This document shows, one piece after another, positions 1 to 14,075 of a DNA stretch of 64,000 nucleotides (the first letter of the stretch is position 1; each line of letters opens with the position of its first letter). Source of the DNA: Kondoa subrosea (Eukaryota); the NCBI GenBank assembly GCA_039545335.1, contig BCIN01000001.1, positions 496,001-560,000 on the forward strand, read 5' to 3'. The position numbers were made by a program, and so were the translations under genes. The notes under the pieces were generated by a model. It saw only the letters and a list, made by a program, of their open reading frames with translations. It was not told the DNA's origin and made no database searches.

Positions 1-1030
1 AAGAATTGGATTTCTGGGATACATCCATGGTAGCTGAATACTCTGAAGAGATTTTCGCTTACATGGCTCAACTTGAGGTTCGTCTGTATTTTCCGCTGTT
101 GGAATGTTTTGTCTAATGCGATTGATGCAGGAAAAGACTATGCCTGATCCTAACTACATGAATGCTCAAACTGAAATTGACTGGTGCGTTGAATGTCTGT
201 GATGCAATCTTCATTGCTAATTGCAGTTCTCTTCGACGTACAGGAACACTCGATCTACTTTGATTGAATGGTTGATGCAAGTTCACATGCGTTATCACAT
301 GTTACCTGAAACCCTTTGGATCGCCATCAACATCATTGATCGCTTCCTTTCCAACCGCACCGTTTCTTTGGTTAAGCTTCAATTGGTTGGCATTACCGCT
401 ATCTTCATTGCGGCCAAGTATGAAGAGATTATGGCTCCTTCGTTAGTTATCGATCATTCCTTATCGCATATATGCTGATGTAGGGGTCTGCTGATTAACA
501 GGGTGGAAGAATTTGTCTTCATGTCTGAAAATGGCTACACCAAAGATGAAATTCTGAAAGGCGAACGCATCATTTTGCAATCTCTGGAATTCAACGTTTC
601 TCCTTACTGCACACCTTACTCTTGGGTTCGAAGAATCAGTAAAGCAGACGAATACGATATCCAAACTCGAACTCTATCTAAATTCTTGATGGAAATCTGT
701 TTGCTCGATCATCGTTTTATCCGAGCGAAACCTTCAATGATTGCTGCTACTGGAATGTATGCAGCTAGAAGAATGTTAGGTGGAGATTGGGTGCGTCTGC
801 TTTCCCGTATGCTCTGAAAAAAAATAATTGAATGATGTCTGCAGAATGAAGCTTTCACTTATTATTCTGGTTACACTGAAGTTCAACTCAATACTGCCTT
901 AGGTTTCATTGTCGAAGCACTCACTCAACCTCATTTCGAAGAACGATTCCTTTACAAAAAGTACTCTACCAAGAAATTCTTGAAGGCTAGTCTGTTTGCC
1001 GTACAATGGGGCAAGAGCGTTGTTCTTTAG
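1..1030 (+). CDS. G2/M B-type cyclin, 3' part (5' end outside window), multi-exon
   Basis: Cyclin box: MVAEYSEEIFAYM, RSTLIEWLMQVH, LPETLWIAINIIDRFLS, KLQLVGITAIFIAAKYEE; stop TAG at 1028-1030. Confidence 0.93.
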
Positions 1031-1537
1031 ACCATTCACAGGAGGGCTGAGCTTGCGAAAAGGGAAGCAGGAGGATTGGGATTGAATGAGGATTGTTGGC
1101 TTTTCTTTTGCTTCTGTTGCATTTTACTACTTTTTACATTGCTGTACATTCATATCATACTTTAGAACGCTGAATTTATCATGCTGACCAAAGACCTTCT
1201 TTACGTAGACATTACTTACTTGCGTGCGCGTCTATTAGATTGCTGGTCTTTTGAAAAGCTAGAACTCGGCAATCATTGCACAGGGATGCATATACGTTGG
1301 CACAGCAGGATGATTGAGAGTACAAAGTACATCCAGGCAATTAAAGGCAGAGACAAAGAAAGAGACATGCTGGTGAACGAGTATTTGAGAAGGCTGCAAG
1401 AAGGAGAGCAAAAGGAAAAGGTACTGAAAGACGAATTGTTTAATTACAGCTATAGTCCACTGTATACCCTAAATGAGAAGAAGATAATCATCCAGTGATC
1501 CCTTCGTACCCTTCTGTCTTTTCAGCCAAAAGTGGGG

Positions 1538-2362
1538 TTATACGAATAGCATAGCTAAAGCCATAGTAGCCAAGATCATCCCACTTGATAGAGATGCTGA
1601 GGAAAGCGCGGATGACTCTACGATTCCAGCTCGAGTAACGGAAGTTCCAGCTGGTAACCTTGATCCGGTGCTAAAGTCAATTCCCTGTCAGCTTTTGATA
1701 ACGTACTGTACCAAAGGATCTAGCATACCTCAATGCAGAAGAAGCTGCTGATAGAGGAGCATCGTTCTCCGCAGTCCTAATCCCAGCACTTGCGGAAGGA
1801 ATCAAATTTGCGGCGGAAGGTAGTGCCCCGGAAGCTGATAATTGAGCTTCGACTGAAGTATTGAATTGACCAGTCATGTGATCCAGAGTGAATTTAGCAG
1901 AAAAGACATCTTCAGTCAGATCGTCGCTTCTAAATCTTAAGAAGTAGTAGCTGTTTTTGATGCAAGTCAGTACAGGAAACGAAGCGATGGAGCTTAAACA
2001 CATACTCTCCGTCTGGCCCTACGCTTGGATCAAATCGTACGCTCACTGAACCTCTTCGGCCGTTGATAGTCCTATCGCCAGTCAAGTCTTGCAAGAAAGA
2101 TTGTTGATAAGTCTAGCCTTCCTCATTCAACATACGCCTTGAGTAATGAACTTTGCACGAGACTTACGGAACCAGTAAAGAGTTGAATAGCGATATTAGT
2201 CATGTCCTGCAATTGAGGACTCTGGCCATCATCCTCCCATTCCACAACCTGTGCACGTCTTGCATCCCATTCGGTTGCTGCTATAGGTGCCGTAGGTCTT
2301 AGTACAGCTTGAGCTACACTTGCTACACCCAAAAGGACAGAGCACGAAAGTTGGAATTTCAT
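1538..2362 (-). CDS. Secreted, probably GPI-anchored Ser/Thr-rich protein (Kre9/KNH-like N-terminal domain)
   Basis: Signal peptide MKFQLSCSVLLGVASVAQA, PTAP..W....VEWEDDG..P, YFLRF...FSAKFTL..MTGQF, Ser/Ala-rich tail ending in hydrophobic GMILATMALAMLFV*. Confidence 0.75.
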
Positions 2363-2638
2363 TATTTACTATTCGAAGGATTGGTATAACGGGTTTCTTG
2401 CTTGAAGCTTGAGTAAAGGAATGTGTTTGTGTTTAAAGGAGTGTGGTGGTTGCAAGGGAAACGAGAGCGAACAAAAAGGAGCTGTGTGATGGTCAATGCG
2501 GAAGAACAGAGCGCGTCAAATCTGAACATTTCAATGACCGGCAAAACAACAAAAGCTTGATGGAACTGGGTAGGGAATGCATGCTAGAATACAAATGCAG
2601 ATACATAGTACAAGAGAAAGAATTACGCGTTAATGTTT

Positions 2639-4167
2639 CTAGTCTAGAGGTTCCATCTCTACATCTTCTGGTTCACGAGGTCGAGCTGCTCTATTAGGTT
2701 GAGGTGCTTGACCTTGACCTTGTGGGAGAGGATGAGCCTCTGGTTGCTCGACCTGCTCGAATGAGTTAGGCAATAGAAGCTGAACAGGAAGCGAGACCTT
2801 ACCAATTGATGTCTGCACACTGGACATGTCCCTGATCGTTCAAGCCATGGTTTGATGCATGACTGTCAGCAATAATCAGCCAGAACACTTCATAAAGAAG
2901 ACTCGAAGCCAATTGACTGACCTCGTGAAAGACATGTTGACAAGGTAAAGTCAACAATTCATCTTCGTTTTCGAAATCGTCTTTGCAAACAGCACAATCC
3001 GTTATCTTGGCAGTAGCTGTCAAATCCAATACGGTGAAATCGTGCCATGGCGAAGTCAACTTCCTAGCACTGACCTTTGCTATCTTCCGACCATTTCTGC
3101 CTTGGTAACTCATTGATCATCTCTTCTGGAGCAGGCCTTGGTCCTTCATGACCTCCAGTCTACTACCAATGATCAACCAGAACGATTGTTCAAGTTAAAT
3201 TATACTGACCTGTTCCATAAGCATACTGATCACATTATCCAAAGCATTCTACATCACTCATCAGTTTTTTCTCATCTTTGACCCGACCAATGTGCCAACG
3301 AACCTCATTGAAAATAAAATCTCCAAATTGACCTGGAAAGCCAATTCTAGTTCCACCAAGTCCATTACCTCCCGAACCAATAAAGAATTGAAATCCACCA
3401 GGTTGACCAAAAGTTCTTCCACCTCCATTCATTGGTGTTCCTCCTCCGTTTTCATCTAATGGTGAAGTAGGTTGTGAACCACCTCTTTCAGCAGAAGCCA
3501 TTCCCCCTAAAATGGAAATGAGAGCTTGAGCTAAATCTGGTGAACGTTCTTGTTGAGAAGTAGTAGGTCGTTGACTTTCATTAGGAGTTGGTTGATTTGT
3601 AGAAGGTTGAGGAGCAGCTGCGAAAGCGTTTTGAAGGAAATCGGAAAGGGATCTAGGTTGAACTGGTTCTGCATCTGGTGGATCTGCGTATGAATCTTGT
3701 TGTTGTGCTTGATCAGAATTAGGAGGAGGAGAAGTATGAGTAGTGCGAACGAAAGAAGTTCCTGTCGGACCCGAAGTGAAAGTGAAAGTCGTTCCTCTTC
3801 CTTGTCCCATAGGTGTAGCACCTCTTCCTGGATTCTGATTACGTTGACCACCACCAAAGAAAGACGAGAAGAGGTTCATTAAAGGACTGCTTTGAGCTGT
3901 CGCTGCGGGTTCTCCGTTCGAGGGCTGTTGTTGTTGAGGGTTACCACGAATAACGAATGCAGGCATCCCAGATCCACCAAATAGATCCGCTAAAGAAGGT
4001 TGAGGTGGTTCTGCTGGTACTTCTTCCAAGAAACCAGAACCGCAATTCGGGCAATGCAACTCAGGTTCACGCATTGGTTGCGTTGTTCGATTTGAACATT
4101 CATGGCAGAAGAAGGAAGAGCCAGAGGCTTGAGGGGCTGATTGAGCTGGTGCTTCTGGAGTGCTCAT
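2639..4167 (-). CDS. RING-H2 E3 ubiquitin ligase, RNF126/RNF115-like
   Basis: N-terminal zinc ribbon FFCHEC...CPNCGSGFLEE; RING-H2 CAVCKDDF...LPCQHVFH..CIKPWL...TCPVCR across introns. Confidence 0.9.
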
Positions 4168-4518
4168 AATGCTGTCGTGCACATTGAGACAGATCCCACC
4201 GCTTCAAGCGATAACAAACCTTCAGATCAATAATCGAGCGAGGAGAGCGAATGACAGCAGGAGTAAGACTGCGGCAAAGAACTCTCTGAAGAGGGAAGTA
4301 TGAAAGTAGTCAAGCGCTAGCCAGAGTAGGAGCTTGACTAAAGGAAGGCAATGTCGAGCGAGTTTGAAGATTCCAGAACGAAATACGAAAGTGAAGGTAT
4401 CTTTCTTTTCCCAACAAAGATGCTGTGATATCGTTTGCTAGACTGGATATCGCGTTTGGCAGAATTCGTCGAGTGAGAAAAGAAACAAAGCGTCATAGCA
4501 TGACAAGACATTGCCACT

Positions 4519-5718
4519 TTATTTAAAGGTCACTTTCAATACTGTCCTTCCTACGCCCTCATTACTCAGTCCTAGATCTTCTACGGTTGCCCCTTTCTTC
4601 TCGACCGCTTCCCTGAAAACGACTTCCCCTCCCGAACAACCAAAGTACAATCTTTTGCAAGCTACGAGCGTTTGCGTCTTCTCATTCGAGGCCAATTGCA
4701 ATACGTTGATGAGTGATGATAGGTTAGAAGCTTCATAAATCGTTTCGCTCGTCAAGACGAGATCGAATTTCGGTAAAGAAGTACAAGATGCCCAATCACC
4801 ATAGTAGAACTTAAGATCGATTTGATGTGTAGATAGGAAAGAGGTGAAGGTTTGTACGAGGTGTGGTTCAATATCGAAATCGCCCGAAGAAGGTAAAGGT
4901 GTTTCTTGTGTTGCAGAGACGAAAGCGAGAAGCAGATTAGGTAGTGTAACGTATTGCAAGACTGTATAGATTCCTGCTAGATTAGTGCGGTTACTAAGAT
5001 CTTAGAGACCACATACCTTGTAGGTTGTAATCCTGCAAAGCAAACGAGAGCGGTACTGGTTCGACATCTGATTTGAGACGAGACTTGACCAATTCTTCCA
5101 AGAGGTAACACGACGGAACAGCAGTACCACAGCCGAGCTGTGGAATGGACTATCAATAAGCTATATTGAGCGAAATGCAAATCCACCCTACCTCTAATAC
5201 AGATTGATGTCGCATTTGCCGTTCATGCAATACGTTGAGTAAATCGATTGAGCATTCCCAAGTCTTGAAGCCGCCTGCATCAACGTTGAACTAAAGAAGA
5301 CAGAATGCAGCAGAACGACTGACCTTCATAGTGTCCTCGAGTCAAATCTGACTCTGAATCTGGTAGCTCGACTCCTTCGCCTTCCGCTAACGCTTGAAAC
5401 CTAACATCAAACAGATCCCTCCTCTTTACAAATCCGCCATTGAAAGGAATAGAAGAGAAAGAAAGCCTCTCAGGCAGCGTTTCGAGCTTTTATCCAATCT
5501 CAGCAAATGGGACTTTGATCAGATGCAACCAGGACTGACTAAGGAAGCTAGAGAAATCTCTTGGAAGGTCGTCCTTGCATTTGATTCGCCTTCTGCAGCT
5601 GGAGAATCGTCTATTTCTTCAAGCTCTTCGCCTAGATCTTGCTTTGCGAAATTTGGTTTTTAGTTCTTGAATAACGTGCGATGCTCTGCAAACGCACAAA
5701 ATTGAAAGAGAAGGACAT
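4519..5718 (-). CDS. HPM1: Histidine protein methyltransferase (Hpm1/METTL18 family)
   Basis: MSFSFN start, DLTRGHYEGGFKTWECSIDLL, LGCGTAVP, LQDYN, FYYGDW, FDLVLTSETIY, LVACKRLYFG. Confidence 0.85.
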
Positions 5719-6270
5719 GGTGCAGCAGCCCAGAGCAGTCTATAGGCTTATGCTGGCGAGTTGGTCGAAATATGTCAACAGCAAACGAAGATTCGACAAT
5801 TGTTTAGCGACATGTATGACGCCCGGCAGCTGTTTGCTGGCTGCATTCTCATCTGGCTAGGATGCCTTCATCTCTATATATTCTCTCGCTCTCGTCTTTT
5901 CAACAACACGGTACATTTTCGGAATCTGTTTGTTGCGCAACCTGGCGTTGATAGCTAGAGTATCGCTCAAGCTGGGTGCACGTTTACCTATTCTTTGATA
6001 CGGAGACTTGCAAACGACTAGCTTTAGTCAGGTTGAAATGCAGTGGTTGCACATGGCTTTCAACGCAAATCGAATATTGCTGCACGCGTAGTGGAGCCAA
6101 TGAACCTTTCTTGCGGTGCTCCTAGGCCATTCTACGCGTTTCTAATCATTTCCAATCGATTAATCGCGAACCCTAACTTCCTCTCTATAAATTGCGGGCC
6201 CGCTTACGTACGATAACTTTCCGTTTGCCATTTTGCCAGCTTGTTCCTCTTGTTCTGCTACCATCTCGAA

Positions 6271-9200
6271 ATGATTACTTTACGCTCCCTGACCTTGGTA
6301 GGAGTAATCTTGTGCGAGCTTCACCGTCAAACCTCTGTCTAGTCTGAAACCTCTCGCTCCAGAACTGCTGTTTCTGGATTACCTCAATTCACACCTACTG
6401 GTACCTTCTCTCATCTATTAGCTTGCGCAATGCTGATGTTCTTCTTCTAGTCAATACCGATGGAGCACTTCCAACTGCCGAACGTGAACCTTTAGCTACT
6501 ACAACACAAGCAGTTCAAGCAGCAGCAACAGCTTACAATTCAGATGCTTTGGCTGCTTTATGGGCAGCTGTGGAAGTTGATATCCCAGTTGAAGTAGCTC
6601 AGATTTCTACTGTTCAAGCTGCAAACCATTCGTTCAAAGTACCCGATACACCTCAATTACCTGCTTCGCTGCAAGATCATGCTGGAGATAACAAGTTCCC
6701 TGAAGGATTCTTGTTTGTGAGTCCTTCTTCTTTTGATGTTTGCTTGCAATTGCTGATCGATTTACACGCTTAGGGTGTTGCCAGCGGTAACTGCTTTCTC
6801 CGATGCATAATCATAGCTCATTTACCCTATATCAGCTGCACAACAGTATGAGGGAGCAGTTAAAGGCGATGGACGGTCAGTTTTGTCAGAGCTTGACATG
6901 CATTCTGAGCTAAATTCCATCTTTCTTGCATTAAGTGGACCAAGTCACTGGTACTTCTTCGCCCTAGGCATGACGTCTTTGATGCTCATTACTTAGCATC
7001 TAGGGACTATCTCTGCCACACTTCACCCGCCAGTTGCACTAATTACACTTCCGACATCGCAGACAATGGTCGCTATCTTTATCCGTACATTCTCGTGTTT
7101 ACAAAATATTGTCTCGCGCTGACTGTTTAATACTAGTACTGATATCCTTCGGATGAAAGCTATGGGCGTGAACTCGTACTCTTTCTCTATCTCTTGGACA
7201 AGAATCGTTCCTTTTGGTAAAGCCAATTCTCCACTTAGCGAGGATGGCATTGCTTTCTATAACGACATGATTGATAAGCTGCTCGAAGCTGGTATTGAAC
7301 CAGTTGCAACATTGTTCCACTGGTATGTCATTCTCACATAGCTCACTCTCCTGATGCAACAACTCATACCGTCAACAGGGACACTCCTCTCAATTTGGTC
7401 TTTGAATACGGCGGTTTCTTAAACAAGAGCGTTGTCGCCGATTATGAATTCTACGCTAAAACTTGCTTTGAACGTTTTGGCAACAAAGTCACTAAGTGGT
7501 TCACCTTCGTAAGTGACCCCGGACTGAGACTGCTGCTCGACCTGACTCTGTTGGCCGACAGAACGAACCTCGAGTCTATTCCTCAGAATATCAAGGCAAA
7601 CCTTTCGACGCTTATTGGGCTCGTGCCGGCGTGAACTCTACTACTGCTCGTCGGTCGATCGTGTCTTAATTGCGGGGCCCATCGCTAATGTATCACGGAT
7701 CTTCTGACAGCCTACCCTGTGACTTATAACATTTTGCTCTCTCACGGTCAAGCAGTTCAAACATATCGAAATATGGTCAGTTCAGGTGCCATCAAGAAAG
7801 GAGGTAAGCGCATTCTTCTGTCCAAACTAATTTGTCTCACGCTGCTTATAAGAAATCGCATTGAAGAATGACGACTCGGTAAGCTGAAGCCGACGGGTGG
7901 TCGTTTCGTACTGAGAAATTTTTCTTGGATTAGTACCCAATTCCTCAAAATCAAGACAATCCAGATGATGTTGAAGTAGCAAGGCGTCACTTTGATTTCT
8001 ACATTGGAATCTTTTCTCAGCCCATCTATGGCAACGGCAATTACCCTGACACCGTCTTAGACACTATCCCTGCTGAAATTCTTCCTCGCCTTACCGCTGA
8101 AGACAGAAAGTTGATTCAAGGTTCTGCTGATTTCGTAAGTGCTGCATTCCGAAATCAGGTTGTATTCTGATTCTCGTTGCTAAGTACGCGATCGATGCAT
8201 ACCGGACCGTACGTAATTATAGCGTGTTCATCCCTTCAGCTCACTCAATGATTATTTAGAACGGAGCGAAAGCTGTACCTGACCTACAAGCCTGCATCAG
8301 AAACATCACTTATCCAGGTTGGCCTGTTTGTCAAGAGTCAGTCTAGCCTGAGGGGTTATACTCCGTATTAATTACTTGCTTAGTGGTTCTAACGATGGTC
8401 AATACGCTACTTCTCAAGGTATTTTCGTCTTTTTGTGATGCTAGACACCATCTTATTTGTTTCTCCCAGGCTATGCTCTTGGTATCTGGCTGTAATTCTG
8501 CTGTACGACCAGAGTCTGAGCCGAGTCTTCATAGGTCCTCCTGCAGATCCAAATGCTCCTTGGCTCTACAACACTGCAATCTACCTTCGTTACCAGCTCA
8601 AGACTTTACAGAAATACTTCCCTAGTCCAAAGATTTACATCAGCGAGGTCGGGACTACGTCAAAATCGTAAAGTACTATGCTGATTCTGTCTACAGTTCG
8701 GTTTTGCCCGTGAAGTCAGTCTCGCCTCGAGCGAGAGAAGCTGCGCTTATGCTAGTATAGTTTGAATATGCTCGTCAAGATAAATACGCTATCCTCTTCG
8801 ATACCGACCGAGTAGCATACTTCCAAGATTACCTCGCTGAAGCCTTGAAGGCAATTATGGATGATGGCATTCCGTTGAAAGGTGTATTTGCATGGAGTTG
8901 TGAGTCATTAAGTGTCATTAAAGTGTTCTGACTGACAGCTCTCTTTAGTCATCGAGTAGGTCATTTCTAAACATCGAGTGCTTTGCTTATCTAATGCAAC
9001 CACTACAGCAACTTCGAATGGTAAGCTCTCGCATTTGAGTTGACTTGTATTTTCTGACTTCTATGCACTATTAGGGGAAGCGGCTTGGGTTCGTTGAGTT
9101 CTCGAAGACTGTTACATGATTGCTCACTTTTCTAACAGAACAAAGATTCGGCATGCAATGTAAGTTCTAGACTATAAGCCTCTATCCGTTGTGCTAAATT

Positions 9201-9298
9201 AGCGAGCAGACGTCAATTACACGACGCAAGAGCGAGACTACAAGCTGTCGTTCTTGGCCTACAGGGATTTCATCGCGAAACATTGCTACAACAAGTAA
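6271..9298 (+). CDS. Secreted glycoside hydrolase family 1 (beta-glucosidase-like), more than 20 introns
   Basis: Spliced motifs GVASAAQQYEG, YSFSISWTRI, TLFHWD, TFNEP (acid/base), ISEFG (nucleophile), WSFIDNFEWGSG..RFG; N-terminal signal peptide. Confidence 0.92.
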
Positions 9299-9505
9299 AA
9301 AGACAGGAAGAATGGCAAGTTATGCTCACATCTCATGTATGATAGAAAACCATTGTGGAAATGTGCGCGAAATGAAGTCTGAATACCGTCGATGTTCAGA
9401 ACATATGCAGAGTGTGAAATCATTCCGATATGGTTTGTATTGTAACAGAGACGACTTCTCGCAGCAGATACGACTCGTTCGAATTCAATAACTTAAAGTA
9501 TGATT

Positions 9506-10274
9506 ATTACAGCAGTGTCCATTGTCCTTGCACAGTTTCCGTTGACCCTTTCAACATCCATCCTACTCTCCTGAATTCGCTCTCACTCTTGCAGCGGATG
9601 TAGAAAAGGCTGGTAGTCCGTAACCTAGGGACAGCCGAGAAGAAGAGGAATGCGAGCGTCCCGAACGTTTGTAGCCGTCTCGCCGGAAGGTGTGTGTTCT
9701 GTAATTTGCAAGTCTAAGGAAAGAAGTTCAGTGTTGAGCTGACAAGGAGAAGAGAGTGACAAGATTCACAAACAGTAGTATCGCAAGCTATGGTGTCAAA
9801 GAATTTCTCGTCCGATTTGTCGTCATCCACTAAACGGAAAGCAGCGCGCATAGTCTCGGTAGAGTTATCGCGAGACCAGCCTTGGGCGAGCTATCAAGAG
9901 GGATGAGTTGAATCCGTGTTGGCAAGGAAGGATTGCTTACGGTACGGAAATTGCCCTTTTCAGCGGCATCACCATTTGCGTCACGAAGGATCGCAACCTG
10001 TACTTGATGTCAAACGAGAGCTTATCAAGTAAGAGAGACGACGTACATCGAACCAAGCTGGTTCAGCTTGAGGCTTCAATTCAACCAAGAACCCACCATT
10101 GACATGAGATCCGCGTATGACGCTATCATTCTCGAGGGGCTGCAGAATGGTCTCAGAAAAAGGTTTGCTGAAAGGATTAGCAGAAGTGGTCGAAGCAGTT
10201 TGACGAGTTTCCAAAGGAGCTGCTGAAGTGAAGAAAGGAATCAAAGCTAAAGCAGATAGAACAGAGATGAACAT
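9506..10274 (-). CDS. Small secreted hypothetical protein (3' end approximate)
   Basis: Signal peptide MFISVLSALALIPFFTSAAP followed by several canonical introns; no recognised domain. Confidence 0.6.
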
Positions 10275-10831
10275 TATGTTTTTAGTATTGTGGTGACGAT
10301 GTGGATTGTGAGAAGAGAAAAGACTGCTTTTCCAAAGCCTATCTTATATCTAAGCTAAGCACCGCCGACCGGACATGTAATAATTGCCATAGGCACAAAA
10401 AGGAAAGAGGCGAAGAAAGTCGTGGGTCCGAGACCTACACAGGGTCACATAACAAAAGAGGGAGGCATATCAGCCCATTCGCGGTAGTAAGCCAGTGCGG
10501 GAAGATCATAGCCTCAAACTCGGGCTGTACATGAAGCATAACTTTGTGCACAAATTATGACAGCACCGCATCCCGGCGATGACGATGAGCCAAGAGGACA
10601 TATAGCATGCCCGAGAGAGGAAAAGAGAAAATGATGCGGAAAGCGGAAAGCTTTCAGAAAGATTTCATCGCCAATATCAAACCAAATCGAATGGAAGAAG
10701 AAGAAGCTGAACTGAGTTGCAGAAAGCTGAGAGATGCTGCACGATGACATAAGTCTATCCATCGATGCTTGAGAGCAGAAAGGCTTTTTTTGTATGACTG
10801 CATGTCTCGACCTGTTTCAGCCAATTTAGAG

Positions 10832-12302
10832 ATGTCAAACAAGACCGCACCGCCTTTCCGTGCTGAACATGTTGGCTCTCTACTGCGTCCAAAGGAATTG
10901 GTGCAGAAACGCTACGACTTGAACTCCGGCAAATGTACACAGGAAGATCTCAGGCCTATGGAGTCGCAAGCTGTTGCAGAAGTGGTGAAGCTTCAACAGG
11001 ACTGTGGTTTCAAGCCAGTATCGTCTGGAGAATACACAAGGTGAATGATCGGAACATCGTTGTGCTGCTTGAAATCGCATGCAGCCTCAATGAAGCTACC
11101 TCCCTTATCTGATCATATCTGATTCCGATTACTTGCAGACACATGTTCTGGGGCACTTTCTTCGAAACACTCAATGGAATGAAAGAGCTTCAACTTGGTG
11201 TTCTCAAAGGCTACGATGCTGGCATGTTCAGACCATACGCACCGGATAACAAATCCTTCATGGAAGCAAAGGAAGTTCCCAATTCAGTGACAGTATGCGT
11301 GAGCAAGATCAGTCATACGGGAACTAGCTCGAATCAGTACGAAGTGGATCTCATGAAATCTTTAACTCCTCCAGAAGAGCACAAGAACATCAAGATTACG
11401 CTCATCTCACCTAGTTGGTATCATTTCCGCTACTTGAACGGACGTAGTTTCCCAAAAGAAGTGTATGCATCGGATGAGGAATACTTCAAAGATGTTGCTG
11501 CTGCTTACCAAGAGGAACTCAAGATCCTATACTCTCAAGGCATTCGAAACATCCAAATCGACGACCCTAACCTTGCTTACTTTGTATGTCTTTGTATAAT
11601 CTCTTTGTCTCTGACTTCAGCTGATAGCGTTGAAGTGCTCGGAAGATATGTTGAAAGGCTGGGCACAAGATAAAGGCAACGACAAGACGGCTGACGAAAT
11701 GTTCGATGCCTATATCAAATTCTACAACGAATGCTTCAAAAGACCCGAAGACATGCACCTCGGAATCCATCTATGTCGCGGTCAGTAGTTTATCCACCTC
11801 GTCTAGACCGGCTCTTATTATCTTGTAGGTAACTATGTCGGATCTAGGCACTTCAGCGAAGGCGCATACGATAACATCGCAAAGAAGCTTTTCAAAGATT
11901 TGGATGTCGATACTTACTATCTCGAATACGACACACCTCGCGCAGGTGGATTTGAGCCCCTAGAATATCTACCTAAACACAAGAATGCGGTTTTGGGAGT
12001 CGTTACTTCTAAATTCGCTAAACTTGAAGATCAAAAAGAAATGGTTGACCGAATTAATCAAGCTGCCGATTTTGTAGCCAAAGGAACAGGTCAAACTCGG
12101 CAAGAAGCTCTGAAGCAATTATGTGTTAGTCCGCAATGCGGCTTTGCAAGTCATGCTGGTGAGTCAATCTCCATTAGGTATGGGAACAACTTATGCTGAT
12201 CCAACGGCTGCAGAGGGAAACGCGTTAGAATATGACGATATGGTTGCTAAACTTAAGCTTGTTCGTAGTATCGCGGACCAGGTCTGGCCCGGAGAGGCGT
12301 AG
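10832..12302 (+). CDS. Cobalamin-independent methionine synthase-like protein (single-barrel Meth_synt_2 / YxjH type)
   Basis: PPFRAEHVGSLLRP, GEY.R, IQIDDP, HLCRGN, YYLEYD..RAG.FEPL, SPQCGFAS (Zn ligands H, C, E, C). Confidence 0.92.
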
Positions 12303-12628
12303 ATTTAGGCAGCAAGTCGCAAGTGCAAGGCCATCAGAAATTGCCGTTAAGGCTTCCGTGCTCTCTGACAGGATAGACCGCGAAAGATGTCCAGTGATTT
12401 ACTGAGAATGCAAATGCCGTTAAATTCAGCATGCCTTCTCCTCTCATCTTGGTTACTCTCCTATTCTCGTTTAAGACAAATCCTGCCGGTACCGATGAAT
12501 GATAGGCAGGACTCGAATGTGACGGTCAGAGGGTGCAGGTCACAATTAGACAAACGTGATTCGTTGCAACATCAACCCCAGCGTACACAAAATAACCCTC
12601 TTGCCGGAAAGACAGTCCTTCAGAAGTT

Positions 12629-14075
12629 TCAAGCTCTAGTCTTTCTGAATTCTCCCTCAGCTTTAGTAGCGGCTTGATCCAACTCTGCTTGAATACCAGC
12701 CAAGATCTCAGCTGAGCGAGCATGATACGCTTGCTGAGCTTTCACGAGTGATGCCAGAGCGCTGAAGGGAGCTGGCGATTCCAAGCAAGAGCGCATCAAA
12801 TTGATAGCCCTAGGTGAAAGTTAGGTCAGCATGTTTGACAGAAGGCATTAAAGAGATATGGCGCACGTTTCAGTAAGGTTGACCAAGTTCTCTTCGGCTT
12901 GTTCCACTTCCAATCTCGCCTGTTCAACTTTTGGACCACTCATGACAGCCTTGTTTCTAGATCGAGCTGCATCCAAAGCGAGTCTGTCCAACCCCAAGAC
13001 GTCTTATAAGCGATCATACGCTAAAAAACGCCAGGACAACCGGACCTGGCAGTTTTAACATTCGTACGAGCTTTCATAGCAGCAGCGATCTGAGAATGAG
13101 TGTTAGCTTGCCAAGGAGCTAAGAATTCTTTGCTGATGATTTCATCTTGATCCAATCTTGCAGTCCCAATGGAGTCCTGTCATACCAGACGTCAGCACTC
13201 AGAATTGTGAGAGCATGCTAACAGGAGTGCACTAACTTGAGCTACTGAATAGCTTTGTAAAGCTTTAGCTAAAGGTTCTTGCGAACCAATCTCGACTGCT
13301 CCATTAGCTGCAGCACGAGATAGAGCATGAGCTAGAGTTTTGTGTTGTTCAGGTGCTTTGTCCAATACAGCAGGTTGAGGAAGGTTTGTGCCCTTTAGAA
13401 ACTGGTTTACATATATGAACAGATATATTGCCCAAGAAGAACTTACCTTTGCTGCTGTTGAAGCCCAGAAAGACACAGAATGACCAATGTTCTGAGATAG
13501 CTCCGCAAGGGATTCATTGACCTGTACGTCGAAAGCAACCTTTTATCAGTATTTTACTGAAGTCAAAGCGTTCCACGCACATGAGTTGGGTAATCATAGG
13601 TCTCCGTATCATAGACTTTGGCGACCTTGAGTCTGTACACAAGACAAAGCGTATCAGCCATAATGCTGCAACGCTCCCTCGCAACGCACAAAGATAGATG
13701 AGCTTGACGGAGTGCATCTACTCTGCGCTCTAGTGCTATGTAGTCTGTGCCAAGGCCAAGCTACATTAGCTACAACACAGCAATGTAGACGCAATCCGCA
13801 CCTTCTGGCAATTCTGTAATGTCATTTGAGTCAATCCTGCCCGTGGATTCCTTGATTTGCTGGGTAACAGTAGACAAAGAGTTCTGTCCGTCGAGACTAA
13901 CAACTAAGCACTGCTAAAGAGCTTATCTAGAGCAGAAGCAACGGACAGTCAGATTGCCTCCAGCTTGCGTGAATGTTGAGGAAACAGCGCCCAAGTCAAC
14001 GCTTTGCAAGTTCTTTGTGACTCCGTTGAGAGCTCCTTGAGCTTGTGCTGCAGTGTTACGAAACCAGGCAGCCAT
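12629..14075 (-). CDS. BAR domain protein, Gvp36-like
   Basis: ITELPE.Y.ALERRVDAL, YETETYDYP, KTLAHALSRAA, RLEVEQAEENLV, ALASLVKAQQAYH. Confidence 0.85.

Noticed and set aside
1181..1498. 105-aa ORF, and the many other short antisense or overlapping ORFs in the track
   Set aside because: Lies in convergent 3' UTR space; most such ORFs are shadows of spliced genes or use GTG/TTG starts not expected in a fungus
6169..6177. AACCCTAAC telomere-like motif
   Set aside because: Single 1.5-unit occurrence in a promoter region
11041..11138. Longer intron in the MetE-like gene as a riboswitch or nested intron
   Set aside because: No TPP or SAM aptamer motif and no internal splice pair recognised
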